In this document: positions 1-8,218 of the stretch, one piece after another
Numbering within the stretch: position 1 is the first letter of the stretch
How the letters are laid out: each line of letters begins with the position of its first letter
Source: a virus
Direction: 5' to 3' (one strand)
Length of the DNA stretch: 64,000 nucleotides
IMG/VR virus record: IMGVR_UViG_3300035698_024280
Position numbers and translations under genes: made by a program
The notes under the pieces: model-generated
Seen by the model: the letters and a program-made list of their open reading frames with translations, nothing else
What the model was told of the DNA's origin: nothing
Database searches by the model: none

Positions 1-234
1 CCGCGCTCTTTCTTTTGAGGTTATTTTCATGGAAATTAAACAGGGTAGTTTGATATGATAAAATTTTCTACAGCTGCTTGTGGCGATACATGCCGCTTTG
101 CAACTCCAAACGGTTGGCTAAATCTTATTTTTACTGTGCTAGCTATATACCAATCAGTTGTAAATGACTCCATTGGTATCGTTTTATGAAGAGATTTATA
201 TTTTAAGTTTACAATTTTCAACATCTGATACCTG

Positions 235-477
235 CTACTTCCAGTTATAAACTCTGGCCTTATCTACAGTACAGCTATAAACAGTTGCACATATATTATT
301 TTGATAACTGTTTGTTATTGTGGGCTCTTTCGTTTCATATGATTCACTAAATGATGCCTCCTCCTGATGGCCTAATGCAGATTGAGCTGCACTAGTGAGA
401 TCAATCATTAGGCTGCCTACAGCGTCGAAGCATGACCATCGGATAGGGGGGCTATTTTCCACAACTGTGTTACTCAT
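235..477 (-). CDS. Hypothetical protein (80 aa)
   Basis: ORF track; the start lies 6 nt downstream of a GGAAC-N5-TATAAT motif at 484-499. Confidence 0.6.
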   Translation of the reverse strand: MSNTVVENSPPIRWSCFDAVGSLMIDLTSAAQSALGHQEEASFSESYETKEPTITNSYQNNICATVYSCTVDKARVYNWK

Positions 478-483
478 ACTATT

Positions 484-499
484 ATTATATAGGGGTTCC
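484..499 (-). promoter_or_regulatory. Putative early promoter GGAAC-N5-TATAAT (representative of a recurrent motif)
   Basis: Minus strand reads GGAAC CCCTA TATAAT. The same spacing recurs at 3285, 4787, 5150, 6532, 8928, 9712, 13582, 14220, 15974, 17633, 18246 and 35352, with near matches at 7001, 24720 and 37229. Confidence 0.7.
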
Positions 500-522
500 G
501 TTAGTAATTTAATAAACTGGGG

Positions 523-828
523 TTATTTATTTAAATGGCACATATAAGGCTTTTGATATCCCTTTTTAGTTTTTGAATTACGAAACTCCATCGAGAGCCA
601 TCTCTCGCGTTGCTTGACTGTCGTATCATTTGATCGAATGTGTGAAGACATATGAGATAATTGCGATTGCAGAACCTCCTCAATACTATTATTAATACTG
701 AGAGGTACACGAGACCTACCAACTGCATGTACCATTTGCATGCGTATGGCGAATCTAAATCTGGGGGTGTAATACTCTCTGATACACTCCATATCAATAG
801 CATTTACAAAATTGCCTTCATTCATCAT
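523..828 (-). CDS. Hypothetical protein, paralog 1 of tandem pair (101 aa)
   Basis: Paralog of 899..1207 (shared MMNEGNF...KQRERWL..EFRNSKTKK.YQKPYMCHLNK); AGGAG upstream. Confidence 0.75.
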   Translation of the reverse strand: MMNEGNFVNAIDMECIREYYTPRFRFAIRMQMVHAVGRSRVPLSINNSIEEVLQSQLSHMSSHIRSNDTTVKQRERWLSMEFRNSKTKKGYQKPYMCHLNK

Positions 829-898
829 TATTATACTCCTGGAGTTTCGATAGAATATTATCAGTTAGGGGTTCCGTTAGTAATTTAATAAACTGGTT

Positions 899-1207
899 TT
901 ATTTATTTAAATGGCACATATAAGGCTTTTGATACTCCTTTTTAGTTTTCGAGTTACGGAACTCCAAACGAAGCCACCTCTCGCGTTGCTTACCTATTGT
1001 ATCGTGTTCATGATCATATGAAGCCATATGAGAGAATTGCGATTGTAGAGTTTCTAACATAGTATTATTACTGCTGAGAATTATACGAGACCTAACAGAT
1101 GCATGCGCCATATTCATACGTGTTCTGAATCTCAATCTAGGGGTGTAATAGTCTCTAATGCATTGCAGCGAATCGATCGCATTAATAAAATTGCCTTCAT
1201 TCATCAT
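899..1207 (-). CDS. Hypothetical protein, paralog 2 of tandem pair (102 aa)
   Basis: Paralog of 523..828 with both reading frames conserved. Confidence 0.75.
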   Translation of the reverse strand: MMNEGNFINAIDSLQCIRDYYTPRLRFRTRMNMAHASVRSRIILSSNNTMLETLQSQFSHMASYDHEHDTIGKQRERWLRLEFRNSKTKKEYQKPYMCHLNK

Positions 1208-1415
1208 TATTATACTCCTGGAGTTTCGATAGAATACTATCAGCTAGGGGGACATATTCTTCAGCATATACAACTAGATCAGTAAGCGTTGAGGTGTGCA
1301 TCAGGTCCCACTGCACAGACAATCTCATCCTACTATCCATGGAGATTTCAAACGTTTCTAATATATCATCGTGACAGTCAAGTTTGTAAGCTAGCCCATG
1401 ATCGTTAACAGTCAT
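1197..1415 (-). CDS. Hypothetical protein (72 aa)
   Basis: ORF track; tightly packed in the minus-strand gene run. Confidence 0.5.
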   Translation of the reverse strand: MTVNDHGLAYKLDCHDDILETFEISMDSRMRLSVQWDLMHTSTLTDLVVYAEEYVPLADSILSKLQEYNNDE

Positions 1416-1424
1416 ATAATTCAG

Positions 1425-1805
1425 CTATGGTATCTGACGAATGATGCGTTTTGCAACTTGGAAACAATTCTGATTTTTTATATTGATACTACCATCTAAA
1501 TCGATGATATCATCAGCTTTGACCCTACGCAATTCTTTAGCTATAAGCGTTGAGAGTTGATCGACTGTAACTACTACCTCTTTGCTCCCTTCTTCCACCA
1601 TCTCATTTATACTTTCAGAAAAAGACTCCATTGCATTACATAAAGTAATTGTAAGTTTCGAGATATCTTCTATCGGATATTTCTCATCTGCAATAGCTTC
1701 AACCAGTCGCATCATAGCGGGGTCGAATATATCATCTAAAGTTCTTTCTAATTTATCGTTTATTTTTGTTCTATTTACCATAATACTACCCTCTCCTAAC
1801 TGCAA
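1425..1805 (-). CDS. Hypothetical protein (about 118-126 aa)
   Basis: ORF track; acidic and helical-looking; true start may be the second Met (MVNRTK). Confidence 0.55.
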   Translation of the reverse strand: MQLGEGSIMVNRTKINDKLERTLDDIFDPAMMRLVEAIADEKYPIEDISKLTITLCNAMESFSESINEMVEEGSKEVVVTVDQLSTLIAKELRRVKADDIIDLDGSINIKNQNCFQVAKRIIRQIP

Positions 1806-2181
1806 GAATTCGTCGATAATTATATTTCAATTTCTGCACCGGTCGACTGCGTGTCGGTCGATGTATAATTTTACCACGACCGTCATAGATGCCAATATGG
1901 TTGTATCTTCCAGACTTGCTATATATAATAATATCACCCCGCTTCCTATTACGTATTGCAACAGCAATTCCCCAGTTGTTCCAATTAGTACATTTTTCGT
2001 ATCCTTTAGGTGGTAATCTCCCTGTAGATTTGACGACTGCCCCAACGAAGCTGGCGCACTGTGCACTAACCCCTCGTTTATAGTATTTACCTTCCCAGGC
2101 TTCAGCCTTTGCGGCAATGACCCCTGAAGGTAGTATGTTTAGAAATATAGTTAAAATTCCTGTTAGTATTAGTGTATTCAT
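1786..2181 (-). CDS. NlpC/P60-family (C40) cell-wall peptidase with N-terminal signal peptide
   Basis: Hydrophobic N-terminus ending in AAKA; catalytic QCASFV; GDIIIY..SGRYNHIGIY.G.GKIIH (Cys-His-His pattern of NlpC/P60). Confidence 0.8.
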   Translation of the reverse strand: MNTLILTGILTIFLNILPSGVIAAKAEAWEGKYYKRGVSAQCASFVGAVVKSTGRLPPKGYEKCTNWNNWGIAVAIRNRKRGDIIIYSKSGRYNHIGIYDGRGKIIHRPTRSRPVQKLKYNYRRILAVRRG

Positions 2182-2183
2182 AT

Positions 2184-2420
2184 TTAAATGGTTGGAAAGT
2201 TGCGAGACATATAATCAATAACCATTGGGCATATTTTATTATTAGTCTCTCTCATCCTAGCGTAAGCTGACAGCCGGATACAACTATTAGTTGTATCATA
2301 AACATAATGGTAGGCTTCTGAAGGTCCTTCAGAAGAACTTTGCATTCTTTGGACCCGGTCGAATACTCGATGTAATATATGACACCGACGTTCGTAGCAA
2401 TTATTATCGATCATTAACAT
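2184..2420 (-). CDS. Hypothetical protein (78 aa)
   Basis: ORF track; abuts the NlpC/P60 gene. Confidence 0.5.
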   Translation of the reverse strand: MLMIDNNCYERRCHILHRVFDRVQRMQSSSEGPSEAYHYVYDTTNSCIRLSAYARMRETNNKICPMVIDYMSRNFPTI

Positions 2421-2638
2421 TAATAGCTAAAATATCTCTCAGGCGGTCACCTTGCTCTTGTATTCTTCGGAATTTCTCTGATACAATATGCTGATTGGAT
2501 ATCCTATGATTTTCAGTAAAGATAGATTTCAAATTTAGCCAAATGTTAAAGGAGGCTATACAAGGAGTTAAGGCCACATCATCCTCAATATCTTTCTTAT
2601 CTCCCTTATTATATATTTTTTTAATATTATTATAGTAG

Positions 2639-2715
2639 TGGTACGCCTGGTGAGACTCGAACTCACAACCGCGAGTTTAGAAAACTCGTGATCTATCCAA
2701 TTGATCTACAGACGC
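2639..2715 (-). tRNA. tRNA-Arg(UCU)
   Basis: Minus strand: GCGTCTG TA GATC AATTGGATA GATC A CGAGT TTTCTAA ACTCG CGGTT GTGAG TTCGAGT CTCAC CAGGCGT A CCA. Full cloverleaf, anticodon TCT, encoded CCA. Confidence 0.92.
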
Positions 2716-2723
2716 GATTAAAG

Positions 2724-3041
2724 TCAGATAATACGATCTGCCTCCTTCGGTACAGTCGCCCATTCAATTGGTACAAAGCCTGTACCATCTGTATCAACGT
2801 TTCCATCGAAATCAACTAGCACTCCATGAGACCCAATCCAAATTATAGATTCTGGATTAGTAACCGTACTAATTGTAGTATCTATTTCTTCAATATTATA
2901 CGAGCTCGTTAAAAAATCAATAGTGTCATTTTGACGTCGTGACATCTGATCATTATACCCTCGAACATGACCTAGTGAAGATTTACGCCGGGTATAATTT
3001 TGTGGGCGGTGTTTTCGTTTATAAAAATTAAATAGTTTCAT
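2724..3041 (-). CDS. Hypothetical protein (105 aa)
   Basis: ORF track; 4-nt overlap with the upstream ORF. Confidence 0.55.
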   Translation of the reverse strand: MKLFNFYKRKHRPQNYTRRKSSLGHVRGYNDQMSRRQNDTIDFLTSSYNIEEIDTTISTVTNPESIIWIGSHGVLVDFDGNVDTDGTGFVPIEWATVPKEADRII

Positions 3042-3271
3042 TGCTCTCTCGAATTGTGGTATGGTTGTGGGGCGGCATCTTTGATCTCTGTAATATGCGG
3101 AGCTGACGATTTCTTTGTGTCTTTATGAAATCTGAGACGAAGAGAGGTCACAGCAATATCTGCAACCGCTGCATAAGGGTCTCCATCTACATAGCTATCT
3201 ACTTCAGTGGCAACTTTACTGTAAATATTCATCCAGAAATTTGCCTCTACATCATCTTCAAATTTAATCAT
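3038..3271 (-). CDS. Hypothetical protein (77 aa)
   Basis: ORF track; downstream of the GGAAC-N5-TATAAT motif at 3285-3300. Confidence 0.55.
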   Translation of the reverse strand: MIKFEDDVEANFWMNIYSKVATEVDSYVDGDPYAAVADIAVTSLRLRFHKDTKKSSAPHITEIKDAAPQPYHNSREQ

Positions 3272-3307
3272 ATCGTTATACTTAATTATAAAAAGGTTCC
3301 TATAGAC

Positions 3308-3338
3308 AAAAAGGGAGAGGTAATTTACCCCTCCCTTT
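3308..3338 (-). terminator. Probable intrinsic terminator
   Basis: Imperfect inverted repeat aaagggagaggtaa / tacccctcccttt with a T-run on the minus strand, just after 3362..3709. Confidence 0.55.
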
Positions 3339-3361
3339 ATTATCGCCCACGATGTTAGTTA

Positions 3362-3709
3362 TTAGTCTCTTACTGCTTGAAGACTCTCAGTGAAGTAATC
3401 ATACTCCTGCTGGATGCCGAATTCCCAAGTACCTGGCTCTAGAGCGATCGCATCGTGTCGGTTCTCCATAACGCATCGGATTTGAGTGGGTTCTGAATTC
3501 TGCATAAACAGAGTACCTCCGCCATTTTGGAAGAAGTTTACTCCGGCCTTATTATCAACGACGTGATGATTTCCAGTTGTTTCAGAATCAGCAACGATGA
3601 CAAATGCCCCATCGACTTTTTTTGCGGAAGTACCTTCAGGGATATCGGATGGGAATACCATGCATTCGCCGTGAAGGATTACTTTTGTTTTTGTGTTGGT
3701 TTCGTTCAT
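3362..3709 (-). CDS. Conserved phage protein usually paired with DUF6745 proteins (115 aa)
   Basis: ILHGECMV...VADSETTGNHHVV...HDAIALEPGTWEFGIQQEYD pattern; start at MNETNT (3709), 6 nt after a TATAAT. Confidence 0.65.
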   Translation of the reverse strand: MNETNTKTKVILHGECMVFPSDIPEGTSAKKVDGAFVIVADSETTGNHHVVDNKAGVNFFQNGGGTLFMQNSEPTQIRCVMENRHDAIALEPGTWEFGIQQEYDYFTESLQAVRD

Positions 3710-3767
3710 ATAATTATTATATATTAGTTGTTGTGGGTTTCTACTGTTATTTAGGTAAAGTTTTAAA

Positions 3768-4739
3768 TTAGGCAATGGCTGCAATCGTAAAGTCCTTACC
3801 ACCGAACCTCTCTTTAATTGCGTCTTTAAGGTTAGCACATTTAGGTGATACAGCTTCAACGTGCCATACGCCAGTTGACATATTTTTCATCTTGAGGTGT
3901 GGAGCGTATGCGACCCCCTCAAAGATTTCATTCATATCCCAGAGTTCGTACTCTGAATTAGTCCACCACTCGTGATCATATTTCTCAAAAGTATCGAGTT
4001 GTTTGCCAAATTCTCCGAGCATTCGCTCAATTCCAAATTTACGGACAAATTCAGTCCGCTCATCTGCATTTTTAATATCGTGGTATCGCTTTAGATCTAG
4101 CTCCATTGCGGGAGTTTCAACAAGCCAATCACTACAGCTAATACCATTCATAGCGTAAATTTTAAATTCCCCTGCACCTGCGTAGGCCAATGCGGGTCCA
4201 CCATCACGGTGCAATTCGTTATCCTCGTTCAGATGAATGTAGAGAGGCTTTTCAGTCACAATACAAACCTCATCGAGTGGGTAGATTAGACCAAGCTTAG
4301 AAGTATCTTTCCAGATCTCGAACTTATCGAGAAGATCTTGAGGGATATCAATTCCAAGCTCACTGATCATATAATCGTAAAAAGACAAAATCGAAGAGAA
4401 AAATGAACCATCTTGATATGGGTATACCGGCCGATCGATCTCAATATCCTTTTCACCCTTTGCGCACTTAAAGTAGTTAGCAATACGATCTTTGATTTCG
4501 TCGATTGGGACGCCTGTAACTGCATAGTTACAACCAACCCAAGCCTCAATAGGGTTATCTACAATGAGGACCGGAGTCTTCTTCATTTTCAGAATATTCT
4601 CCTGATATGCGTGAATGATATTCACGGTTTCATCAGGATCCAGTCGGGAGGTATCTACACCGATTTTACGCCACTTTGCAACGTAGTCATCCATTGCAGC
4701 TTCTTGCTCTGGTGTTAGTTTGTCGATTTTATCAGCCAT
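3768..4739 (-). CDS. DUF6745-domain protein (323 aa)
   Basis: N-terminal LTPEQEAAM..Y..KW.KIG; LHRDGGPALAY.....IYAMNGI; IKNADERTEF; adjacent to its typical partner gene. Confidence 0.7.
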   Translation of the reverse strand: MADKIDKLTPEQEAAMDDYVAKWRKIGVDTSRLDPDETVNIIHAYQENILKMKKTPVLIVDNPIEAWVGCNYAVTGVPIDEIKDRIANYFKCAKGEKDIEIDRPVYPYQDGSFFSSILSFYDYMISELGIDIPQDLLDKFEIWKDTSKLGLIYPLDEVCIVTEKPLYIHLNEDNELHRDGGPALAYAGAGEFKIYAMNGISCSDWLVETPAMELDLKRYHDIKNADERTEFVRKFGIERMLGEFGKQLDTFEKYDHEWWTNSEYELWDMNEIFEGVAYAPHLKMKNMSTGVWHVEAVSPKCANLKDAIKERFGGKDFTIAAIA

Positions 4740-4843
4740 GTGTTTTAGTTGTTTGTTTTAGTTGTGTTGGTTGTTTGTATACTATTATTATAATGAGGTT
4801 CCTATTATTGTTCCTCTAATAAATTTTTTATTTAAATTAAGTT

Positions 4844-5125
4844 TCAATTTAATTGACGTACTTTTCTTTCAGCTCGCTTCGCTCGTTTAGCTTTTGCTGC
4901 TGCGATATTCGCAATATCAGATGGCGTCTTCTCACGGTCTTTATTATGCCGTTTATCATAAGCTGATGCCTTAAACAATCGACTATTAAAGATATCTCCA
5001 GAATTATCGTGTGAAACATATGACAATGCGGATGCCGCGAGCATTAATTTACTCATTGAGGCTGGCGCCTTCTCGGAAATTTTGATTATAGGTTTCGAAT
5101 CGTTTGTATAAATGTGATCGTTCAT
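4844..5125 (-). CDS. Hypothetical basic protein (93 aa)
   Basis: ORF track; C-terminal AAAKAKRAKRAERK; GGAAC motif at 5150-5165 upstream. Confidence 0.6.
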   Translation of the reverse strand: MNDHIYTNDSKPIIKISEKAPASMSKLMLAASALSYVSHDNSGDIFNSRLFKASAYDKRHNKDREKTPSDIANIAAAKAKRAKRAERKVRQLN

Positions 5126-5167
5126 GTGGTATCTAATGTCTGTACAATTATTATAAGGGGGTTCCTA

Positions 5168-5389
5168 TTACTTTAATACCTTAGGAAGATTTTCCCGCTC
5201 TAATTTAAGGTCTTCGAGTTTTTTATTTAGTTTCCTGACGCGAGTATCCATTTCAAGAGTACACTCAAAGGTAGTCGCATTCGAATTTATGCCATAACGC
5301 TTAACTATGGCGTGTATACGAGCCAACATCGCGCTATCCTTATTTAATTTGTGATACTTTACTGCATCTATGGTATAATTTATTTTCAT
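5168..5389 (-). CDS. Hypothetical protein (73 aa)
   Basis: ORF track; tightly packed. Confidence 0.5.
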   Translation of the reverse strand: MKINYTIDAVKYHKLNKDSAMLARIHAIVKRYGINSNATTFECTLEMDTRVRKLNKKLEDLKLERENLPKVLK

Positions 5390-5391
5390 CG

Positions 5392-5835
5392 CTACCCGTG
5401 GGGGGGGTTAAGACGAAACTCATGATCAAAACGATTGCGAAGCGCGCTGCTATGTGCCAATATATCACTCGCATACCCCCATAGCAGATCAGATGCGAAT
5501 ATTAATAACTGATAATAAAATTTTATGACCACTCTACTAATTGAATATTTAATGTTAGTAAATAGAGCGACGTCATAATACTTAGCATAGCGAGTACCTC
5601 TCGTTATACTTGTATAAATTAAACAAATTGAAGTAGTTCCAAACTCCCACCTCACTCCGAGTGTTTCACCATTTTCAAGTAATGCGATAGTACCTCTACT
5701 TCGGCTCATGTCAAAAGCACCTATGTCCACCACTTTATCTCCTACTTTAAAGGAATCGTGCAATAGTTTAAATTCGCTGTCATTACAATTCAACCCTGGG
5801 TTGAGTATATGGTTCCGTAAATTTTTAATTTTCAT
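5392..5835 (-). CDS. Hypothetical protein (147 aa)
   Basis: ORF track; 4-nt overlap with the upstream ORF. Confidence 0.55.
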   Translation of the reverse strand: MKIKNLRNHILNPGLNCNDSEFKLLHDSFKVGDKVVDIGAFDMSRSRGTIALLENGETLGVRWEFGTTSICLIYTSITRGTRYAKYYDVALFTNIKYSISRVVIKFYYQLLIFASDLLWGYASDILAHSSALRNRFDHEFRLNPPHG

Positions 5836-6275
5836 TTTTCTCGGGTCGGGAAGTTTATATTAGCTTCGTCTCTCAAAATCTTCAGTCTTGTATCGAGTTT
5901 CGCAAAATCTTCATTATTATATAAATAAGAGAGATCATCCCAATGTTCCATATAGACCTCCCAAACTGAGGAACATGTCTTCAAAAGTTCAAATGAGTGG
6001 GCGATAGATGGCACTATACTTAGTAGTCTTAAACATCTTCCAAAATCACCATGGTCTTGCGGTTCTGTTAGTCGTCGAGTTGGTAGAATAACTTTACCGT
6101 GCAGCGCTATAGCAGCCATATATTTAGAGCTTACTCCAGTATCATCACCAATAAACCATTGAGCAACGGCAATCTCTTCAGAGGGGGATAGAATTTTACC
6201 ATCCTCACAATACTTGCACCCTAATCGCTCGCAAATGGTTTGAGATAAACAATCAGAACAATATATATTTTCCAT
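5832..6275 (-). CDS. Conserved phage hypothetical protein (147 aa)
   Basis: N-terminal CxxC..CxxC; QWFIGDDTGVSS...PQDHGDFGRCLRLL motif resembles a family recalled from other phages. Confidence 0.6.
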   Translation of the reverse strand: MENIYCSDCLSQTICERLGCKYCEDGKILSPSEEIAVAQWFIGDDTGVSSKYMAAIALHGKVILPTRRLTEPQDHGDFGRCLRLLSIVPSIAHSFELLKTCSSVWEVYMEHWDDLSYLYNNEDFAKLDTRLKILRDEANINFPTREK

Positions 6276-6299
6276 AATAATTATAACAAAATGAAAGTT

Positions 6300-6503
6300 T
6301 CACGGGCAAACCGATCGCGATTCTGAAGCCATACTGGCTTCTCTCATAATGCGGCGAAGAGCCGGCCCCCAGCCCAACAGCCCATTCCAATGGCAGTATT
6401 CGTCAAACATTTCTCCAGCGTCCATATTATTAATATCTTCAATAGTATGCCCACGAGACATTAGAGCGTCTTCGAGCTCTTCTGATAACTTAAATTCTTT
6501 CAT
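6300..6503 (-). CDS. Hypothetical protein (67 aa)
   Basis: ORF track. Confidence 0.5.
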   Translation of the reverse strand: MKEFKLSEELEDALMSRGHTIEDINNMDAGEMFDEYCHWNGLLGWGPALRRIMREASMASESRSVCP

Positions 6504-6788
6504 AATAAATATAATCTTTTAATATACTATTATTATATGTTAGTTCCATTCTCTTGGAGTAGTTAGAGCTCCATAGCAGCATCAGCGAGTGCTTGAGACA
6601 TACCTTTAACTATATCTCGAGCGGTATATCCTTCTGCCTCGAGTGCGTTCATCTGCAGTAGAAAATGGTCTGATATGATGGCCCAGTCCGGGTAATGAAA
6701 CTCACTGAAATCATCATCTTTATCATCATACTGCATTACAATATTTATTCAATGATGACATCTGGACACATATAGTTTTCAGTAAATA

Positions 6789-6994
6789 TTATGAAACATT
6801 AAAATTCTTCATAGTCAATTGTAGCAATTCATCATAACTACCGTTCACCGCTTCTTCTCTATAAGTTTTAATTTGCTCAGCGGACCAATTTACTCGTTTG
6901 GCGGCGGTATTCGACGAATACCTAAAATAACAAATGCATTACCATCCGCGGCAGTAAGTTTCAATTTAGGTTTTTTAGTAACTTTTTTATTCAT
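6789..6994 (-). pseudogene. Frameshifted small conserved phage gene (DGNAF.ILG...W..E.I..Y.EEA..G.YD.LL family)
   Basis: Frame 1 gives MNKKVTKKPKLKLTAADGNAFVILG and stops about 10 codons later. A second frame gives AAKRVNWSAEQIKTYREEAVNGSYDELLQLTMKNFNVS*. The ATG-to-TAA span is 206 nt, not a multiple of 3. Confidence 0.6.
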
Positions 6995-7265
6995 ACTATT
7001 ATTGTACAGAAGTTCCATTTATTCGTAGGTTCTGCAAGTTTAAGATTCATTATCATCCTTGGGAGTATGATCTTTCATACCTGACCGTATCCCCTTTATA
7101 AATGCTTGTATAAATACATATAGTAAACCAATCATATATATTTACTGATCATAAATATCAACGATGATACAGCTAATACATCTACAGCGAGGAAGCATAG
7201 TACATACGTTAGAGGTAGGCAGTATATCATAGCAGCGTATGCTATAATATTTACTGATATTGAAG

Positions 7266-7532
7266 TTAATGTCGTTTGTTCCATAATTTTATTACAGCAT
7301 TTATTGATCCGGTAGCTGGAGCTGGCGCATTAGGGCCATCTGCATTGCAAGATTTACAACTAACACCCGCCCCCCAAGGAGTTTCGTACGCTACGGCAGT
7401 GCCACGGCAAAAGGGGCATTCCTTTAAAATATTATTTTTGGATGTACTAATTACATTCTGCCGGAGCTTTAATGTACCCTCACCGTGGCTTAGTTTTATT
7501 TTTTTCTTCTTTGGTGGTGATTTATTTATCAT
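7266..7532 (-). CDS. Lar-like (restriction alleviation) zinc-finger protein
   Basis: LKECPFCRG...VSCKSCNADGP...AVIKLWNKR matches the Lar_restr_allev pattern. Confidence 0.65.
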   Translation of the reverse strand: MINKSPPKKKKIKLSHGEGTLKLRQNVISTSKNNILKECPFCRGTAVAYETPWGAGVSCKSCNADGPNAPAPATGSINAVIKLWNKRH

Positions 7533-8209
7533 TCAATACGCTTGAGTAATTTAGTTATTATAGTTTTATCAAAATTTGTTCTTGCGTCTTTTAATGAGTA
7601 TACTACATACCCCATAATAGATTTTATTATAACTCGACTAACAGATGTATCAATCTCTATAAGACTGCGATCAATCGCCCAATTCCACGCATGACACTCC
7701 CTCTCTACAAACCGCGAGTACCAAGACGGACCATCTACTACGTGAGCTATCTCGTGTAGCGCAGTAAAATATGTCTCTGCATCTACAATAGGGCATATAG
7801 CAATTCGTCGAAGAGTTCGCTGAGCCCAGGCATCGTCTGGGTTATATATAATGGTCGCGTTAATTTTATTATCAAATAACAGATGCTGAATGTGGCTATC
7901 GAGAGTTACCTGTAGCACTTTAGGTAGCTTATTCAAACGGAAATAAAATAGGGTTCGATCTCTTAGCTCTGCAAAGCTCTCCTGCAGCTGCCATAATAAT
8001 AGCCTGAGGTTATGCCAGCACCAATAATATGCAGCTCTATAATCCAGCATAATAATAGATCGTTGCCGGCGACGATTAATTTGCCTTTGATATAGTAGCA
8101 CATAATGTATAAAATACCTATCAAAAGTCATTATTGATCGCTTAATTATGTCACAATAAAATAATACGGTCGCTCCTATAGGAGCGTCTTGCGGTTCGAT
8201 GAGCTTCAT
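7529..8209 (-). CDS. Putative zincin metallopeptidase-like protein
   Basis: ALHEIAHVV (HExxH) followed by ERECHAW; N-terminal extent uncertain. Confidence 0.5.
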   Translation of the reverse strand: MKLIEPQDAPIGATVLFYCDIIKRSIMTFDRYFIHYVLLYQRQINRRRQRSIIMLDYRAAYYWCWHNLRLLLWQLQESFAELRDRTLFYFRLNKLPKVLQVTLDSHIQHLLFDNKINATIIYNPDDAWAQRTLRRIAICPIVDAETYFTALHEIAHVVDGPSWYSRFVERECHAWNWAIDRSLIEIDTSVSRVIIKSIMGYVVYSLKDARTNFDKTIITKLLKRIE

Positions 8210-8218
8210 TTATTAAAT

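Larger units (their letters stand above)
490..1250. repeat. Tandem direct duplication of a ~380-bp unit (about 490-871 and 866-1250)
   Basis: Both copies begin with taggggttccgttagtaatttaataaactgg and end with aaaattgccttcattcatcattattatactcctggagtttcgatagaata. Each carries one copy of the same ORF. Confidence 0.9.

Noticed and set aside
490-1250. Diversity-generating retroelement (TR/VR pair)
   Set aside because: In the stretch I compared, differences involve all four bases plus an indel rather than adenine-specific changes; both copies are full genes, and no reverse transcriptase is in the window.
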